Source of the DNA: Octopus sinensis
Lineage: Eukaryota
Length of the DNA: 64,000 nucleotides
NCBI RefSeq assembly: GCF_006345805.1
Contig: NC_043019.1
Span: forward strand, 13,577,360-13,641,359
Direction: 5' to 3'
Shown piece by piece: positions 12,809-27,213 of the stretch. A program made the translations under genes and the position numbers. How positions within the stretch are numbered: the stretch's first letter is position 1; each line of letters begins with the position of its first letter. The notes under the pieces were generated by a model. That model was not told the origin of the DNA and made no database searches. It saw only the letters and a program-made list of their open reading frames with translations.

Positions 12809-12947
12809 ATCACCGTGATCACCGTGACCGACCAGGCTATCAGATGTTGCTACACATCGCTGGTCACAATGCGTTTCACATTGTTTTAACCTTTAAATGA
12901 CGCCACCCTGCTGGCTAAGCAAACAGGCTATATATATATATATATAT

Positions 12948-12989
<42 letters not shown>

Positions 12990-13289
12990 CATATATATAT
13001 TCATTGAATGGGTATAAGGGTCCAGTAGAGCAAAATAGGAATCAAAGAGCTCAAAAGGCAATAAATGGTTGAGTACCACTGATCTAACCCATGCTAGCAT
13101 GGGAAAACAGGTGTAAAAACGAATGGACAGATAATGTACACATGATGCAGTTGTTGTTGATGGTGGTGGTGATGCTGTTGCTTGTGGTATTTGCTGTTAA
13201 GTGGCAGGAGGTGGAAAAGGGGAGGCAACTAGTTTGCTGTGTAACTCCCAGCCTAATTCTCTCCCCTTCCCTCCCATCCCTTCCCACAC

Positions 13290-13335
<46 letters not shown>

Positions 13336-13978
13336 ACACCAATTCATTGGAGTCTTTTGAAATAATTCCAATGGAGATTTGGTGCTTTTGTCATCAAAGC
13401 CAGACCTTTGTAAAAGGAAGAAAGAAAGAAAGAAGGAAAGAAAGAAAGGTTGTTTCTGTGGTGGCCAGGGGTGGAAGGGTGGGCAAAGGTTAGTAGCTAA
13501 AACAAAAGCCACTTCACTGTCTAGTAGTCGTTGTTGTTGTGTTGTTCTTCTTCTTCTTCTTTCATTCATTCGACCACACAATTTAAGGGTTTCAATATTT
13601 CTTTTAAGAGGAGAGGGAGAGGTAGCAGAAAGTGGATGGAGGGGTGGTGGTGGAGATTGTGATGGTGTGATGATGATGATGATGATGATGATGATGGTGA
13701 TAATACTCTTAGTTTTGGGTCTTTTGTTTTTTGTTGATTTTTTTGGGGGGGGTTTTTTCCGTCTTTCACAACTTATTTATTAATTATTTAACAATAACAC
13801 ACACTCACACACACACATATGTGCATTCAATTTTAAATTGTTTTGTGTTGCTGTTGTTCTTGTTCTTGTTGGAGTCGGGGTTTTTTTTTTCCACTCTGCT
13901 GAACATGTAAGGTCAAAGTTCAATTAAACTCAAAAAGCCTAGAATTAACCACAGCATTTTATATATGTGTGTATATGC

Positions 13979-14016
<38 letters not shown>

Positions 14017-14230
14017 CTGGTTTCATTTTTGGTGTAAATTTCATTCAGATTATTATTATTATTATTATTAGTAGTAGTAGTAGTAGTAGTTGCATTACCA
14101 TTGATTTTTATTGTTGTTATTGTTGTTGTTGTGCTTTCAACCTGCCTTTTTTTAATTTTTTTTTTCAATGCAGGTTGTTGTTGCTTTTAAAAGTAGTTTA
14201 ATTAAAAGAATACAAATACCAATTGAGTTT

Positions 14231-14310
<80 letters not shown>

Positions 14311-14404
14311 AATATTCTTTGTTCAGTAGCATAGTTATAGTTTCCTCTTCCTCCCCTCCTCCTCTTCGTGTTATCATGAATGCAGTGATCTTGAACAAAA
14401 TGAT

Positions 14405-15690
14405 TTGTGGCATTTTACCTGTCTCAACTTTCTGAGTTCAAATTCTGCCGAGGGCGACTTTGCCTTTCGCCCTTTAGAGGAGGCGGCAATAAAATAAGTA
14501 CCAGTTGAACACTAAGAGACAATGCCATCGATTGACCCCACCCTCCCCTCAAAATTGCTGGCTTTGTGCCATAATTTGAAATTATTATTACTGTTATTAA
14601 GGCGATGAACTAACAGAATCATTAGCGAAATGCTTAGCGGTTGGTATTTTATCTAAGGCAACGAGCTGGCAGAAACGTTAGCACGGGCGAAATGCTTAGC
14701 GGTATTTCGTCTGTCGTTACGTTGTGAGTTCAAATTCCGCCGAGTTCGACTTTGCCTTTCATCCTTTCGGGGTCGATAAATTAAGTACCAGTTACGCACT
14801 GGGGTCGATGTAATCGACTTAATACCTATGTCTGTCCTTGTTTAGCCCCTTGTGGGTAATAAAGAAATAGGTATTTTATCTGCTGCTACATTCTGAGTTC
14901 AAATTCCCCCAAAGGTCGACTTTGTCCTTCATCCTTTTGGGGTCAGTAAATTATGTACCAGTTGTGCACTGAGGTCGGTGTAATCGATTTAACTCCTCCC
15001 ACCAAATAGCTGCCCTTGTGGCAAAATTTGAAAACATTATTATTATGAAGGTGGCGAGCTGGCAGAATCGTTAGTATGCGCTGGACAAAATGCTTAGTGG
15101 TATTTCGTCTGTCCTTGCATTCTGAGTTCAAATTCCGCCAAGGTCGACTTTGCCTTTCATCCTTTCGGGGTCGATTAAATTAAGTACCAGTTACGCACTG
15201 GGGTCGATGTAATCAACTTAATCCATTTGTCTGTCCTTGTTTGTCCTCTCTGTGTTTAGCCCCTTGTGGGTAGTAAATAAATAGGTATTTCGTCTGCCAC
15301 TACATTCTGATTTTAAATTCCGCCAAGGTCAACTTTGCCTTTCATCCTTTCATTGTTGATAAATTAAGTACCAGTTGCATACTGGGGTCAATCTAATCGA
15401 CTGCATCCCCAACCCCTCCCAGAATTTTGGGCCTTGTGCCTAGAGTAGAAAAGATTGCTATTATTATGAAGACTGCGAGCTGGAGGAAATGCTTAGTGAT
15501 ATTTCATCTCTCTTTATGTTCTGAGTTCAAATTCTGCCGAGGGCGATTTTACCTTTCATCCTTTTTTTTTTTGGTGGTGGGGTGGGGTGGGTCAATAAAA
15601 TAAGTACCTGTCGTGTACAGGTGTTGATGTAATCAACTAGTCACTTCCACCAAAACTGCTGGCCATGTGACAGAATTTGAAATCAGTATT
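14405..15690 (+). mobile_element. Cluster of about seven nested or tandem SINE-B and older B' units
   Basis: The GAGTTCAAATT...CCTTTCATCCTTT core recurs at ~14435, 14725, 14895, 15123, 15308 and 15522. Confidence 0.85.
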
Positions 15691-17559
15691 ATTATTATTA
15701 TTATTAACTCAATCCTTCCGTCAAACTGACGTTACCTGAACAGGTGTACAGTGTGCTACATGTCAGGTATCAAAGTGATCACAGAGCAGTGTGTGTGTCT
15801 TTGTGTTTGTTCCCCATCACAACTCGACAACTGGTGTTGGTTTGTTTACATCCCCGTAACTTAGCGGTTCAGCAAACAGAGACTGTCAGAATAAGAATTA
15901 ACAGGTTTGAAAGAAAAAGAAAGTACTGAGGTCGACGACTTGTACGACTAAAGGTTCTTCAAGGCAGTGCTCCAGCATGGCCGCAGTCAAATGACTGAAG
16001 CAAGCAAAAGATAGAAGAAAGATGCAGAGGAACACCACAACGAATGCAAAAGCCCCTTACGTGGTGATTAGTAATAGGGGGTGGTGGGGGGTTGTTGTGA
16101 GGGGGTGGTGGCCATTAGCAATAATCCCCTTGTGTGTGAATGGGAGATCTGACAGACAGAGATCATTGTTATGACAGAACACTGCGAATTAATTGTCCAC
16201 TTCATTAACGGTTGCCGTTAACGCTTTCAGCATTCAACATCGTCTTCATCATCATCAATATCATTTTCATCATCATCATCATCAACATCATCATCATCCT
16301 CCCCATCTTTATTGATAATTGTCATCATCATTGTTAATATGTGTATTAACAGCGTCATCACTGTCATCATTATCGTCATCGTCACTGTTGCCGTTGATGT
16401 GTTCCTGTGTGTGTGTGTGTGTCATCATTTAACGTCCATTGTCCATGCTGGCATGGGTTGGACGGATGGTGTAACCAGAGCTCGCAGCCTGGGTGGCTAC
16501 ACCAGACTCCAGTCTGATTTGGCATGGTTTCCACACCTGGATGCCCTCCCTAATACCAACCATAATGGGCTGGATGCTTTCATGTGGCACCACATGGGCA
16601 CCTTTATGTGACTCAGCACCAGTGCTTTTACAAGGCACCCCCACAAGTGCTTCACACCACCAGGAAGAACACCCTCAACACTTCTTCTGTGGAGTACAAG
16701 TTTTCTTGAGTGTGGGGAGGCACCAGGTATCTCAGTCCTTCATCATCTCACCTAATTACATAAGGCTTGGGGAACAGCTTTTTTCTATGCATGTGTGGCT
16801 GTGTGGTAAGATGTTTGCTTCCCAACAACATGGTCTCAGGTTCAGTCCCACTGCATGGCACCTTGAGCAAGTGTCTTTTACTATAACCCTGGGCCCGACT
16901 ACGAAACTTTGAGGCTGTATTTGGTAAATGGAACATCAAATAATTCCATTGTGTGTGTGTGTTCTTTTACTTTTGCTTGTTTCAGTGATTTGACTGTGGT
17001 CATGCTGGAGCACCGCCCTACAGGGTTTTAGTCAAACAAATTGACCCCAGGACTTATTTTTAAGCCTGGTACTTATCCTATAAGTCTCTTTTGCTGAACC
17101 ACCAAGCTATAGGGATGTAGACACACCAACAACCGGTTGTCAAGCGGTGATGGTGGAGACACACAAAGACATACACATAGATATATACATATATTATATG
17201 ATGGGCTTCTTTCAGTTTCCAGCTATAGTACAAGACACTTGCCCGTGGTGCCATGCAGTAGGACAGAACCTGGAACCATGTGGTTGGGAATCATGCTTCT
17301 TACCACCAGCCATGCCTGCTCTTGTGTTTGTACCCCACCAATACCTGACAACCGGTGTTGGTTTGTTTACTGCCTCAGTATAGCTGCAGCCTAATGTGTG
17401 AAAAAAGTTAAGTAAAAAAAGGAAGAAAGCTTCTTTCAGTTTCCATCTACCAAATCCACTTACCTGCTCGTTGTGCCTCGCAATGGGACAGATCCTGGCA
17501 CCGTGTGGTTTGGAAGCAAGCCTCTTACCACACAGCCATGCCTCTGTGTGTGTGTGTGT

Positions 17560-17756
17560 GTGTGTGTATTAATATCATCGTCATCATCATCATCATTTTC
17601 ATTATCATTATGGTCATAACTGCTGTCTGCACTTATCATCATCGTCATCACCGTCATCATTGTCATCATTATTGCTGGCCATTCATTGTCTACATCCAAT
17701 TCATTGCTGTCATCTTCATTACTTGTCATCACTGCTGAATCAGCATCATCATCACC

Positions 17757-17788
<32 letters not shown>

Positions 17789-18420
17789 CATCAGCATCAT
17801 CATCACCATCATCATCATCAGCATCATCATCACCATCATCATCATCACCATCATCATCACCTTCATCATCATCACCATCATCATCAGCATCATCATCACC
17901 ATCATCATCATCACCATCATCACCATCATCATCATCACCATCATCATCACCATCATCATCATCACCATCATCACCATCATCACCATCACCATCATCATCA
18001 TCCCCATTGTTTCCAGATGCCCTATTGTTATCACTGACGCCCACCACCACCCCCACATAGTTATTAATTGTCATTGCTGTTGAATAAACATTGTCGTCGT
18101 CGTCATCGTAATTGTCATCGTCATCATCTCGCTATTGTTCTCAGCGGTCTTCATTATTATCACTGATATCTATATCAAACACCACCACCACCATCGTCGT
18201 CATCGTGGAGATCATCAGTGTGGTCAGAATCACTGCTGTCATCAATCATACTTCTCATTGCTACTCCCAATATCTACATTAAAGCCATCATCATCATTGT
18301 CATCACCATCCATATTGTCTTCATCAGTGATGACATTGTCTACTCCAAATTCATTACTGCTGTGATCATCATCATCATCATCATCATCATCTTCATCTCT
18401 AGTATCATCATAATTGTCGT
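17560..18420. repeat. (CAT/CAC)n trinucleotide expansion
   Basis: Direct reading; the source of the spurious poly-His/Asp/Met ORFs. Confidence 0.9.
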
Positions 18421-18617
18421 TTCTACTGTTGCGACCCCCTTCGGTCATGGATGACCATGGGATTGCACCTCCGAGGCACAAGTCTGGGCAAGGTTGTTTA
18501 TGGAAGACCAGCAGTCGCCCATGCATACTGGCCTCTCCTATCCATGCCACCGATGTCATCCAAGGGAAAGGCAAAGGGGCCGATACAGCTTGGCACCAGC
18601 GACGTCACAGCTCATTT

Positions 18618-18912
18618 ATTAACGTGCAAGTGGCTGAGCACTCCACAGACACGTGTACCCTTAACGTAGTTCTCGGGGATATTCAGCATGACACAGAGAG
18701 TGACAAGGCTGGCCCTTTGAAATACAGGTACAACAGAAACAGGAAGAAAGAGTGAGAGAAAGTTGTGGTGAAAGAGTACAGCAGGGTTCACCACCGCCCC
18801 TTGCCGGAACCTCATGGAGCTTTAGGTGTTTTCGCTCAATAAACACAATGCCCGGTTTGGGAATTGAAACCGCGAGTCCGCTGCCCTAACCACTGGGCCA
18901 TTGCGCCTCCAC
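18618..18912 (-). mobile_element. SINE-C with tail type 2 (truncated)
   Basis: Aligns with 10350-10632. Confidence 0.8.
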
Positions 18913-18974
18913 ATATATTATATATAATATATATATTACAACCAATAATTTACATTAAAACCATCATCACTATT

Positions 18975-19365
18975 ATAGGTGCAGGAGTAGCTGTGTGGTA
19001 AGTAGCTTGCTAACCAACCACATGGTTCCGGGTTCAGTCCCACTGCGTGGCATCTTGGGCAAGTATCTTCTGCTATTGCCCCGGACCAATGCTTTGTGAG
19101 TGGATTTGGTAGACGGAAACTGAAAGAAGCCTATCGTATATATATATGTGTGTGTGTGTTTGTGTGTTTGTCCCCCTAGCATTGCTTGACAACCGATGCT
19201 GGTGTATTTACGTCCCCGTCACTTAGCGGTTCGGCAAAAGAGACCGATAGAATAAGTACTGGGCTTACAAAGAATAAGTCCCGGGGTCGATTTGCTCGAC
19301 TAAAAGGCGGTGCTCCAGCATGGCCGCAGTCAAATGACTGAAACGAGTAAAAGAGAGAAAGAGTT
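18975..19365 (+). mobile_element. SINE-A, full length
   Basis: Complete head-to-tail match to the other copies. Confidence 0.88.
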
Positions 19366-20114
19366 TATCGTTAATAACGTCAATACATAGAGCAGTGGTG
19401 ACAATAATAATAACAATGATGCTCAGATGCTCAGCATCATCATCAAATCATCATTGTTATCACCATCACCATCATCATATTTGTTATAACTTCTGCCAAT
19501 ATGCTGCTGTAAAACCCACCATCACATCATCATTCTCCTCATCATCATCATCATAATTGTCATTACCATTACCAATATTCTACAGTAGACCCATCACCGG
19601 CGTCATCGTTTAATCATCATCATCATCACCATCATCGTAATTCTTGTTTAATCTAGTTAAAAACCATCATCATCATCATCGTAATTATCATTATTGCTAC
19701 CCAATACTCTACAGTAAAACCATCACTGTCATCATAATACCACCATCATCGTCATCATCATCATAATTGTCATCACTGCTGCCAATAATCTACAGTCAAA
19801 AACCATCATCATCATCGTCATGTCATTTTCTATGCCATTGTCTTACACATCAAATTTATCACTACAGCCATCATCATCACCATCGTCATCGTCACCATCA
19901 CCATCGTCATCATCAGTGTCTTTTCCGTTGTTAAATGAGATAACAACATGGAAGAGGTTAACTAGCAACAGCCGAAACAAAAACAAATAAATAAATTTCA
20001 AAAAAAATAAAATAACGGTTTTCGTCTGAATGTGGTTATTGATGGTAGTTTTTATCAACGCCACAGAGATAGTTCCCTGTGCATACACACGTCTATAAGA
20101 GTGTATACACAACT

Positions 20115-20480
20115 CTGTATGTATGTATGTATGTATATATATATGTGTGTGTGTGTGTGTATATATATATGTGTATATATATGTGTGTGTGTATATATAT
20201 GTTTATATGTATATATATATATATGTGTGTGTGTATATGTATGTATGTATGTATATGTATGTATGTATGTATATATATATGTGTATATATATGTGTGTGT
20301 GTATATATATGTTTATATGTATATATATATATGTGTGTGTGTATATGTATGTATGTATGTATATGTGTGTATGTATGTATATATATATATATGTGTGTAT
20401 ATATATATATGTATGTATATATATATATGTGTGTGTGTATATATATATATATGTATATATATGCATACACGTGTGTGTTT
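20115..20480. repeat. (TA)/(TG)/(TATG) compound microsatellite with a longer-period repetition
   Basis: Direct reading; similar tracts at 10860-11410, 25430-25690 and 52620-52965. Confidence 0.9.
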
Positions 20481-21584
20481 TGTTTGTCTTCTCTCATCCT
20501 GTTAACATTGTCAGTTAGGAAAAAAGAAAAAAAAGCGCTATTGATCCAGATGCATTGTGGACACAGTCTATAGCGCCGCACCATAAAAGATATTAGTTAG
20601 CTAAAAGACCAATAACTACAAGAGCAGCAGCAGTAGCAGCGGCAGCAGCACTTGCTAAAACAAGGGATAAGCTTATGAATTAAACACACACACAATGCAT
20701 GGCTTTCAAATAATTTTTAATTTATTTGGGTTTTCTATGTTTTTGTGTGTGTTTGTTGTGCACGTTTTTTTTTTTGCTTTCTGCTGTTAATTTAATGCTG
20801 TTTTGGTTAATTATGAAAAATACTTTTGAAACGATATGCTATTATCGTTTATTTTTTTTTTTTTTTTTTTTTTCAATTACTTTGTTTTTTTTTTCTTTTT
20901 CAATAAAACAACAATAACAACAGCAACAACAATAAATTTGTTTTGCAGTAAAGTAGGAAAACAGAAATAAAAAAAAAATGGAAAAAAAAAAAAAATTTTT
21001 TTTCAGTGGAAAAGTTAGTTGTAGAACACAAAAAGAAAAAGTTAGTTAACACCAGCAAAATAAATAAATAAATTTTTTCGAAATTTATAAATTAGAAAAA
21101 AAAAAGTTAAACAAAAAGAAAAGGATTAACCTATTTTGATCCTTTTGTGTCCTAATTTGAATAAAGCCAAGAGATAACCTTTTATTTATGTAGTGTATTT
21201 ATTACATTTCTAGAAAAATTTTCTAAATTGTTTCGGTTAAGTTCTTTGAGAGGAGAATTAACAACAGCAACAACTAAGCTAAAAACAGTGGCGTGAGAGA
21301 TAAAAAAAAAAAAAGACACACACACACACAAAACAAAAGATGATGGTTTTAATCGAGATGAACCAGTTATATTAATGGAAATGATATCTACTTTTTGTTT
21401 TTGAATATTTATTAAATGGTAAATGATTTGTGTTGGCAGCAGAAATTACAGGGCATTGTACTAGGATTAAAGTCTAAAAGTCTTTCTTGCCTCTGTGTTT
21501 TGTGTTCAAATCCTGTAAAATGTGACTTTGTTGGAGGGCTTTTTGGTTTTTGTTTGTGAGATAAATGTCTGTAGGAGTGGCTAT

Positions 21585-21942
21585 AGGCGCAGGAGTGGCT
21601 GTGTGGTAAGTAGCTTGCTTACCAACCACATGGTTCCAGGTTCAGTCTCACTGTGTGGCACCTTGGGCAAGTGTCTTCTACTATAGCCTCATGATGACCA
21701 AAGCCTTGTGAGTGGATTTGGTAGACGGAAACTGAAAGAAGCCCATTGTATGTATGTATGTATATATATATATATGTATTTGTATGTGTGTGTATATGTT
21801 TGTGTGTCTGTGTTTGTCTCCCCAACATCGCTTGACATCCGATACTAGGCTTACAAAGAATAAGTCCTGTGGTCGATTTGCTCGACTAAAGGCGGTGCTC
21901 CAGCATGGCCACAGTCAAATGACTGAAACAAGTAAAAGAGAG
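21585..21942 (+). mobile_element. SINE-A with an internal deletion
   Basis: Head and tail are intact. Confidence 0.85.
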
Positions 21943-24311
21943 TTATAAAACCAGTATTTGTTGTTCCTTTTGCTATATAGCTCTAGGTCATTCCTAATGA
22001 AACAGACTTTGTATTCAAAGACATTCTGGAAATGACAACCACCTTAGGTTTTTATTTTAGTGCCTTACTTTCCCTCGAGTTTCATAGTCTTGCGAGTGGT
22101 ATGGGGCACCCCTTAAAAAAAAAGGTACCCTAAAAAAGGAAGAAAAAATCCAATACTCACAGTGAAATGGTTGGTGTTAAGCCTCACTATTTCCCTTAAT
22201 TGGTGTAATGGGAACTTGCAGAATGTTGGCATTCATCTGTAAGCATACATTGATAATTGACAAGTCCCTTAACCCCTTGGAGGTCACTGAGGGTGAGAAA
22301 GCCTGGCTGAGCCCATCCTTCTCCAGGCTAAACTCATTTCTGTAGCTGGAGCAACAACACGAAATGAAGTGTTTTGGTCAAGAACACAACAAATCGTCCA
22401 GTTCAGGATTGAAACCACAATTTATGTTCAAATTGGCCATATCCAGCTTTTCATACCCACCCTACAATGTCCTGCTGAAAATAAACAATCATACCATCGG
22501 AATCTCAAAGCATCAAGATAATGCCGGATTAGTTAAAAACTTTGTGAATAAATAAGGATTATGTTGGACAGAGTAATTTGAATGCTAAAAGGTCAACACA
22601 GGAATGTGTTCCACTATGAGGTCTACACAGAAAAATGTCATTAATGAAGGTCTCCTCCTCCTCTTCTTCGTCTTCTTCTTCTCCTTATAACTTCTTCTTC
22701 TCTTCTTTTAACTTCTTTTCCTTCCTCTTCTTCTCATAACTTCTTCTTCCTCTTCTTATAACTTCTTCTTCCTCTTCTCCTTATAACTTCTTTCTCTTCT
22801 TTTAACTTCTTCAGTTTTTCTTTCTCTTCTCCTTATAACTTCTTCCTCTCCTTCTTTTTCCTCTTTTCATTCTTCTTACTTCATCTTCCTTTTCTTCTTC
22901 TTCCACCTACTTCTTTTCTTCTTCAAGCTTACTTTGTTCTTCTTTCCTACTCCTTCAGTTTTTTCCTTCCTTCTTCATCACCTTCCCCCCCCCGTCTCTT
23001 TCTTCCTCTTCAATTCTTTTTCAGTTCTTCTTCCTCCTCCTCCTCCCTTTTCCCCTTTTTGTTCTTTCTTCATCCTTTTTTTCTCCTTCCTCTCCATCTT
23101 TCTTTCTCCTCTTCCTCCTCTTTCCTTTGTTGGGTCTTGTTTTCTTCCTGCTCTGTTTCTTTAGTAACAGTTATCTTTCCAAATTCTGTCTTAGGAGTAT
23201 TGGTGGAGTGGTGGTGGTGGTGGTGGCAGCCTAGATGGTAGTAGTAGTAGTAGTAGTAGTGTTGCTGGTGGTTGTGGTACTGGTACTGGTGGTGGTGCTG
23301 GTGGTGCCGACAGACAGTCGTGCGGAGGCGGAATCGTTAATTGTCGTTTGTGCATTCATCAATATCTTTATGTTCCCGCCTCACTCCTCCCTCCCAACCT
23401 CCCCCTTTTTTTTTTTTGCAGCTTCTTCAGGTAAACACACCACACACCCTGTCCCCACCACCACCACACCATTCCATGCTGCATTCAAGGCAGCTGCTTC
23501 TGTTGTTGTCATCGTCATCATCGTCATCGTCTCCGTTATTGTTGCCGTCGTTTCTGCATCATTGCAATATTGTCATTTGACGAAAATTGACATTTTTTCT
23601 TTTGTTTGTTTTTTTTTGGGGGGTTTTTTTTTTTTAAAAACTTCGTTTCTTTTTCCTGTTTTCTTTCCTTTTTCTCTTTCTCTTCTTTATTTCCTTCATT
23701 CTCTTTCATTGTTTGTTTGTTTATTCAACTCCTCACCTTTACTCTTTCCTCCCCCTCTTCTTCTTCTCTTCTTCTTCTCCTCCTCCTCCTCTTCCGCCAC
23801 CCCCCCATCTCTTTCGACTACCTGTGTTTATTTTTTTTTAGGTTGGAGCGGGGTGGGGGTTTTGTTTTGTTTCGTTTTGTTGGGGTGGGGTTTTTTTGTA
23901 TATATATATATGTATATATGTGTCGGTTTATTTGAGTTTGCTGTTTCACTTGTTGTTACCATGTCAACAGACATCCGACAGACGACAACAATAGCAACAA
24001 CAACACTAACGTCAACAACAACCACAATAGCAATCACATCAATAACAACAACAACAAAAACATCTACTATAATAGTAGCAACAACTACAACAATAACCAC
24101 AACAGCATCAACAAGCACAACACCACCAACATTTGTGTGGCTGTGTGGTAAGAAGTTTTCTTCTGAACCGCATGGTTCCAGGTTCAGTCCCACTGCGCGG
24201 AACCTTGGGTAGGTGTCGTCTTCTATAGCCTCAGGCTGAGCAATGCTTTGTGAGTGGGTAGATGGAAACTGAAAGAAGCCCGTTGTATATATGTATGTAC
24301 GCATACATATA

Positions 24312-24795
24312 CATCATCATCATCGTTTAACGTCCGCTTTCCATGCTAGCATGGGTCGGACGATTTGACTGAGAGCTGGCAAACCAGATGGCTGCACCAG
24401 GCCCCAGTCTGATCTGGCAGAGTTTCTACAGCTGGATGCCCTTCCTAACGCCAACCACTCCGAGTGTAGTGGGTGCTTTTTTGTGCCACCGGCATGAGGA
24501 CTAGTCAGGCAGTACTGGCAACGGCCACACTCAAATGGTGCTTTTTGATGTGCCACTTGCATAGGAGCCAGTCCAGCGGCACTGGCAACGACCTCGCTCA
24601 AATGTTTTTTCACGTGCCAGTAAAGCAATGCAGGTAACGATCACGCTTGAATTGTGCTTTTTATGTGCCACTGGCACGTGGGCCAGTTTGTTGCTCTGGC
24701 AACGATCACGCTCGTATGGTGCTCTTAGCACTCCACTAGCATGGATGCCAGTCATCGAATTTGATTTCAATTTCGATTTCACTTGCCTCAACAGG
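24312..24795 (-). mobile_element. Family-D retroposon with (GAT)n tail and four ~50-65-nt internal subrepeats
   Basis: Ends ...CCATGCTAGCATGGAAAGCGGACGTTAAACGATGATGATG. Other copies at ~16420-16625, 27593-27880, 33563-33710, 36590-36960 (all -) and 57905-58196 (+). Confidence 0.8.
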
Positions 24796-25586
24796 TTACG
24801 TACTTACATATATGCATACATGCATACATATGATTGGCTTCCTTCAGTCTGTATATTTATGCATACATACACATACATACGTGTGACAGGCTTCTTTCAG
24901 TTTCCATCTGCCAAATCTACTCTCAGAGCTAAGGCTGGCCTAGCACTGTAGTTGAAGACATTTGCCCAAGGTGTCTTGCAGTGGAACTGAACTTTGAAGA
25001 ATATGATTGGTAAACAAGTTTATGTATGTATATACATATATGTATGTGTATGTTTGTGTGCATATGTCTGTATATGTGTTTGTATATGTGTGCGTGTGTG
25101 TATTTGTGTACATGTATGTATATGTATATTTGCTTGTGCATGTATATATGCATGTATGTTTGTGTGTGTGTGTGTGTGTTTGTAAATCAATGTAATATTG
25201 TCTAATAACTTCCTGTTTCACCAACTCCCAGACTAATGGCATCTCCGCCTCCAACTCCACTCACACTCACTTTAACGGTTCCATTTCCTCCTCTTCCTCC
25301 CCCCCCTCCCGTCTCGCTCTATTTATACTGCTTGGTGATAATGGTGAATGCGGCGGTGGTGGTAGCAGCAGTGCAGTCAAGGGTGGTGATGACAGTGGCA
25401 CTGGAGAGGGTGGTGGTGGTGGTGGTAGTAGTAGTATATATGTGCACATGTGCTCATGTCTATACGTTTGTGTGTATGTATAAATGTGTATTTTTGTATA
25501 AGTATGTGTGTGTATATATGTTTGCTTGTGTATGTGTATATATATATATATATATATAATATATATATATACATATACACACATAT

Positions 25587-25634
<48 letters not shown>

Positions 25635-25844
25635 TATATATACAACAGTTGCCAATACAAAGACACACACACATAGACATATATATGTGTGTGTATGATG
25701 GGCTTCTTTCAGTTTTCTTCAACCAAATCCAATCATAAAGCTTTGGTCGGCCCGAGGCTATAGTAGAAGGCATTTGCCCAAGGTGCTATGCAGTGGGTTT
25801 GAACCTGGAACCATGTGGTTGGGAAACAAGCTTCTTACCACACA

Positions 25845-26220
25845 GGGATGTTATCCAACAAGTTTGTTCTTATTCTGACCATAGGTCTCCTGCGGTAAGG
25901 CTCAGCTTGAAGAATCATTCTTGCAATTCTTTCCTACAATCTCCCAATCATATGACCATCACACCAGAACTGTGATCTTTCAATGCAGAGACGTACCAGC
26001 TCAACCTAGAGAGGTTCCCTGATCTTTTAGCTGTGCACCCTGCTGAGTGACATTACTCCAGAGATCTTTCATAGGGACCCCCAATTTTAACCACTTTATA
26101 TTCTTTTGTCAATTGCCCAGTATTTATGACCTTAAGTAAGGATCGGCGCTGAAGCTGAATTAACGATAATGAGTCCGGCTTTGGCTTTTCTGTTTTATCA
26201 ACGTCTCCTCTTCTAAAGAC
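25845..26220 (-). mobile_element. Highly decayed LINE 3' coding remnant
   Basis: The minus strand gives W..GHMIGR...RIARMILQAEP..RRPMVRIRTNLLDNI across frameshifts, resembling RTE C-termini. Confidence 0.4.
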
Positions 26221-26339
26221 CAAGAATTTGAGTTAAGAAATGAAAAAAAATATACAAGACAAGAGGATAAAATATAATATTGATTATTTTATTGTTATTC
26301 AATACAGAAAGTTGGTGGGGGTCGCGTTATTAATAGAAT

Positions 26340-26745
26340 GATCTTTTCTCCATCTCTTTCTCCATCTCTCTCTCCCTCTTTCTCTCTCTGCCTCTCCTCT
26401 CTTTCTCTCCCTCTCTCTCTCTTTCTCTCTCTCTCTCTTCTTTCTCTCTCTCCTCTCTCTCTTCTCTACCTGCCTCTCCTCTTTCTGCTTTCTCTCTCTG
26501 CCCTCTCTCTCTCTCTCTCTGCCTCTCTCTCTCTTTCTGCCTCTCCCTCTCTCTCTGGCTCTCTCTTCTCTCTCTCTGCTTGCCCTCTCTCTCTCCTCCT
26601 CTTCTGCCTGCCTCTCTCTTTCGCTTCTCGCCTCTCCTCTCCCTCCGTTCTCCTCTCTCCTCTCTCCTTTTCTTTCTCTCTTCTCGTCTTCTCTCTTTCT
26701 TCTCTCTCTCTCTCTCTCTCTCCTCTCTTCTCTTCTTCTTCAAGA
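26340..26745. repeat. Polypyrimidine (CT-rich) tract
   Basis: Nearly purine-free for ~400 bp; similar tracts at 22650-23170 and (GA/GATA-rich) 29900-30570. Confidence 0.9.
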
Positions 26746-27213
26746 TGTCTCTACACTGTACTCAAATAAGTACAGTATTTGTAAAATTATTAGCATCTCG
26801 TGAGACATTTTATGTTTGGTATTAAATTATTGTATCGTGTTCGAAGGCGACAAGCTGGTAGAACCATTAGTGGGCCAGTGAGAATACTTAGAGATCTTAG
26901 AGATATTTTTTCCGACACTTTATGTTCAGAGTTCAAATCCCGCCAAGGTCAATAATACCAATTAACCACCACCTCCTCCTCCTCCTCTCAGAATTGCTGG
27001 CCTTGTGTCAAAATTAGAAAGAGTGTTATACTTGAGCTTTAGAAATCAAAAATAAAAAAAAGAGATGAGCATAGGCACAGTTGTGGTTGTGTGGTAAAAA
27101 GTTTGGTTCCAGGTTCAGTCCCACTGCATGGCACCTTGAACAAATTTCTACTATCGCTTTGGGCCATCCAAAGCTTTGTGAGTGGATTTGGTAGACAGAA
27201 ACCGAAAGATATG

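Noticed and set aside
17460-18074. Long ORFs rich in Asp/Gly, His, Ser or Met
   Set aside because: They are translations of a (CAT/CAC)n expansion, open in several frames on both strands, with no splice or domain support.
23235-24212. 325-aa ORF, the longest in the track
   Set aside because: A chain of simple repeats running into a SINE-A head; low-complexity composition and no homology signal.
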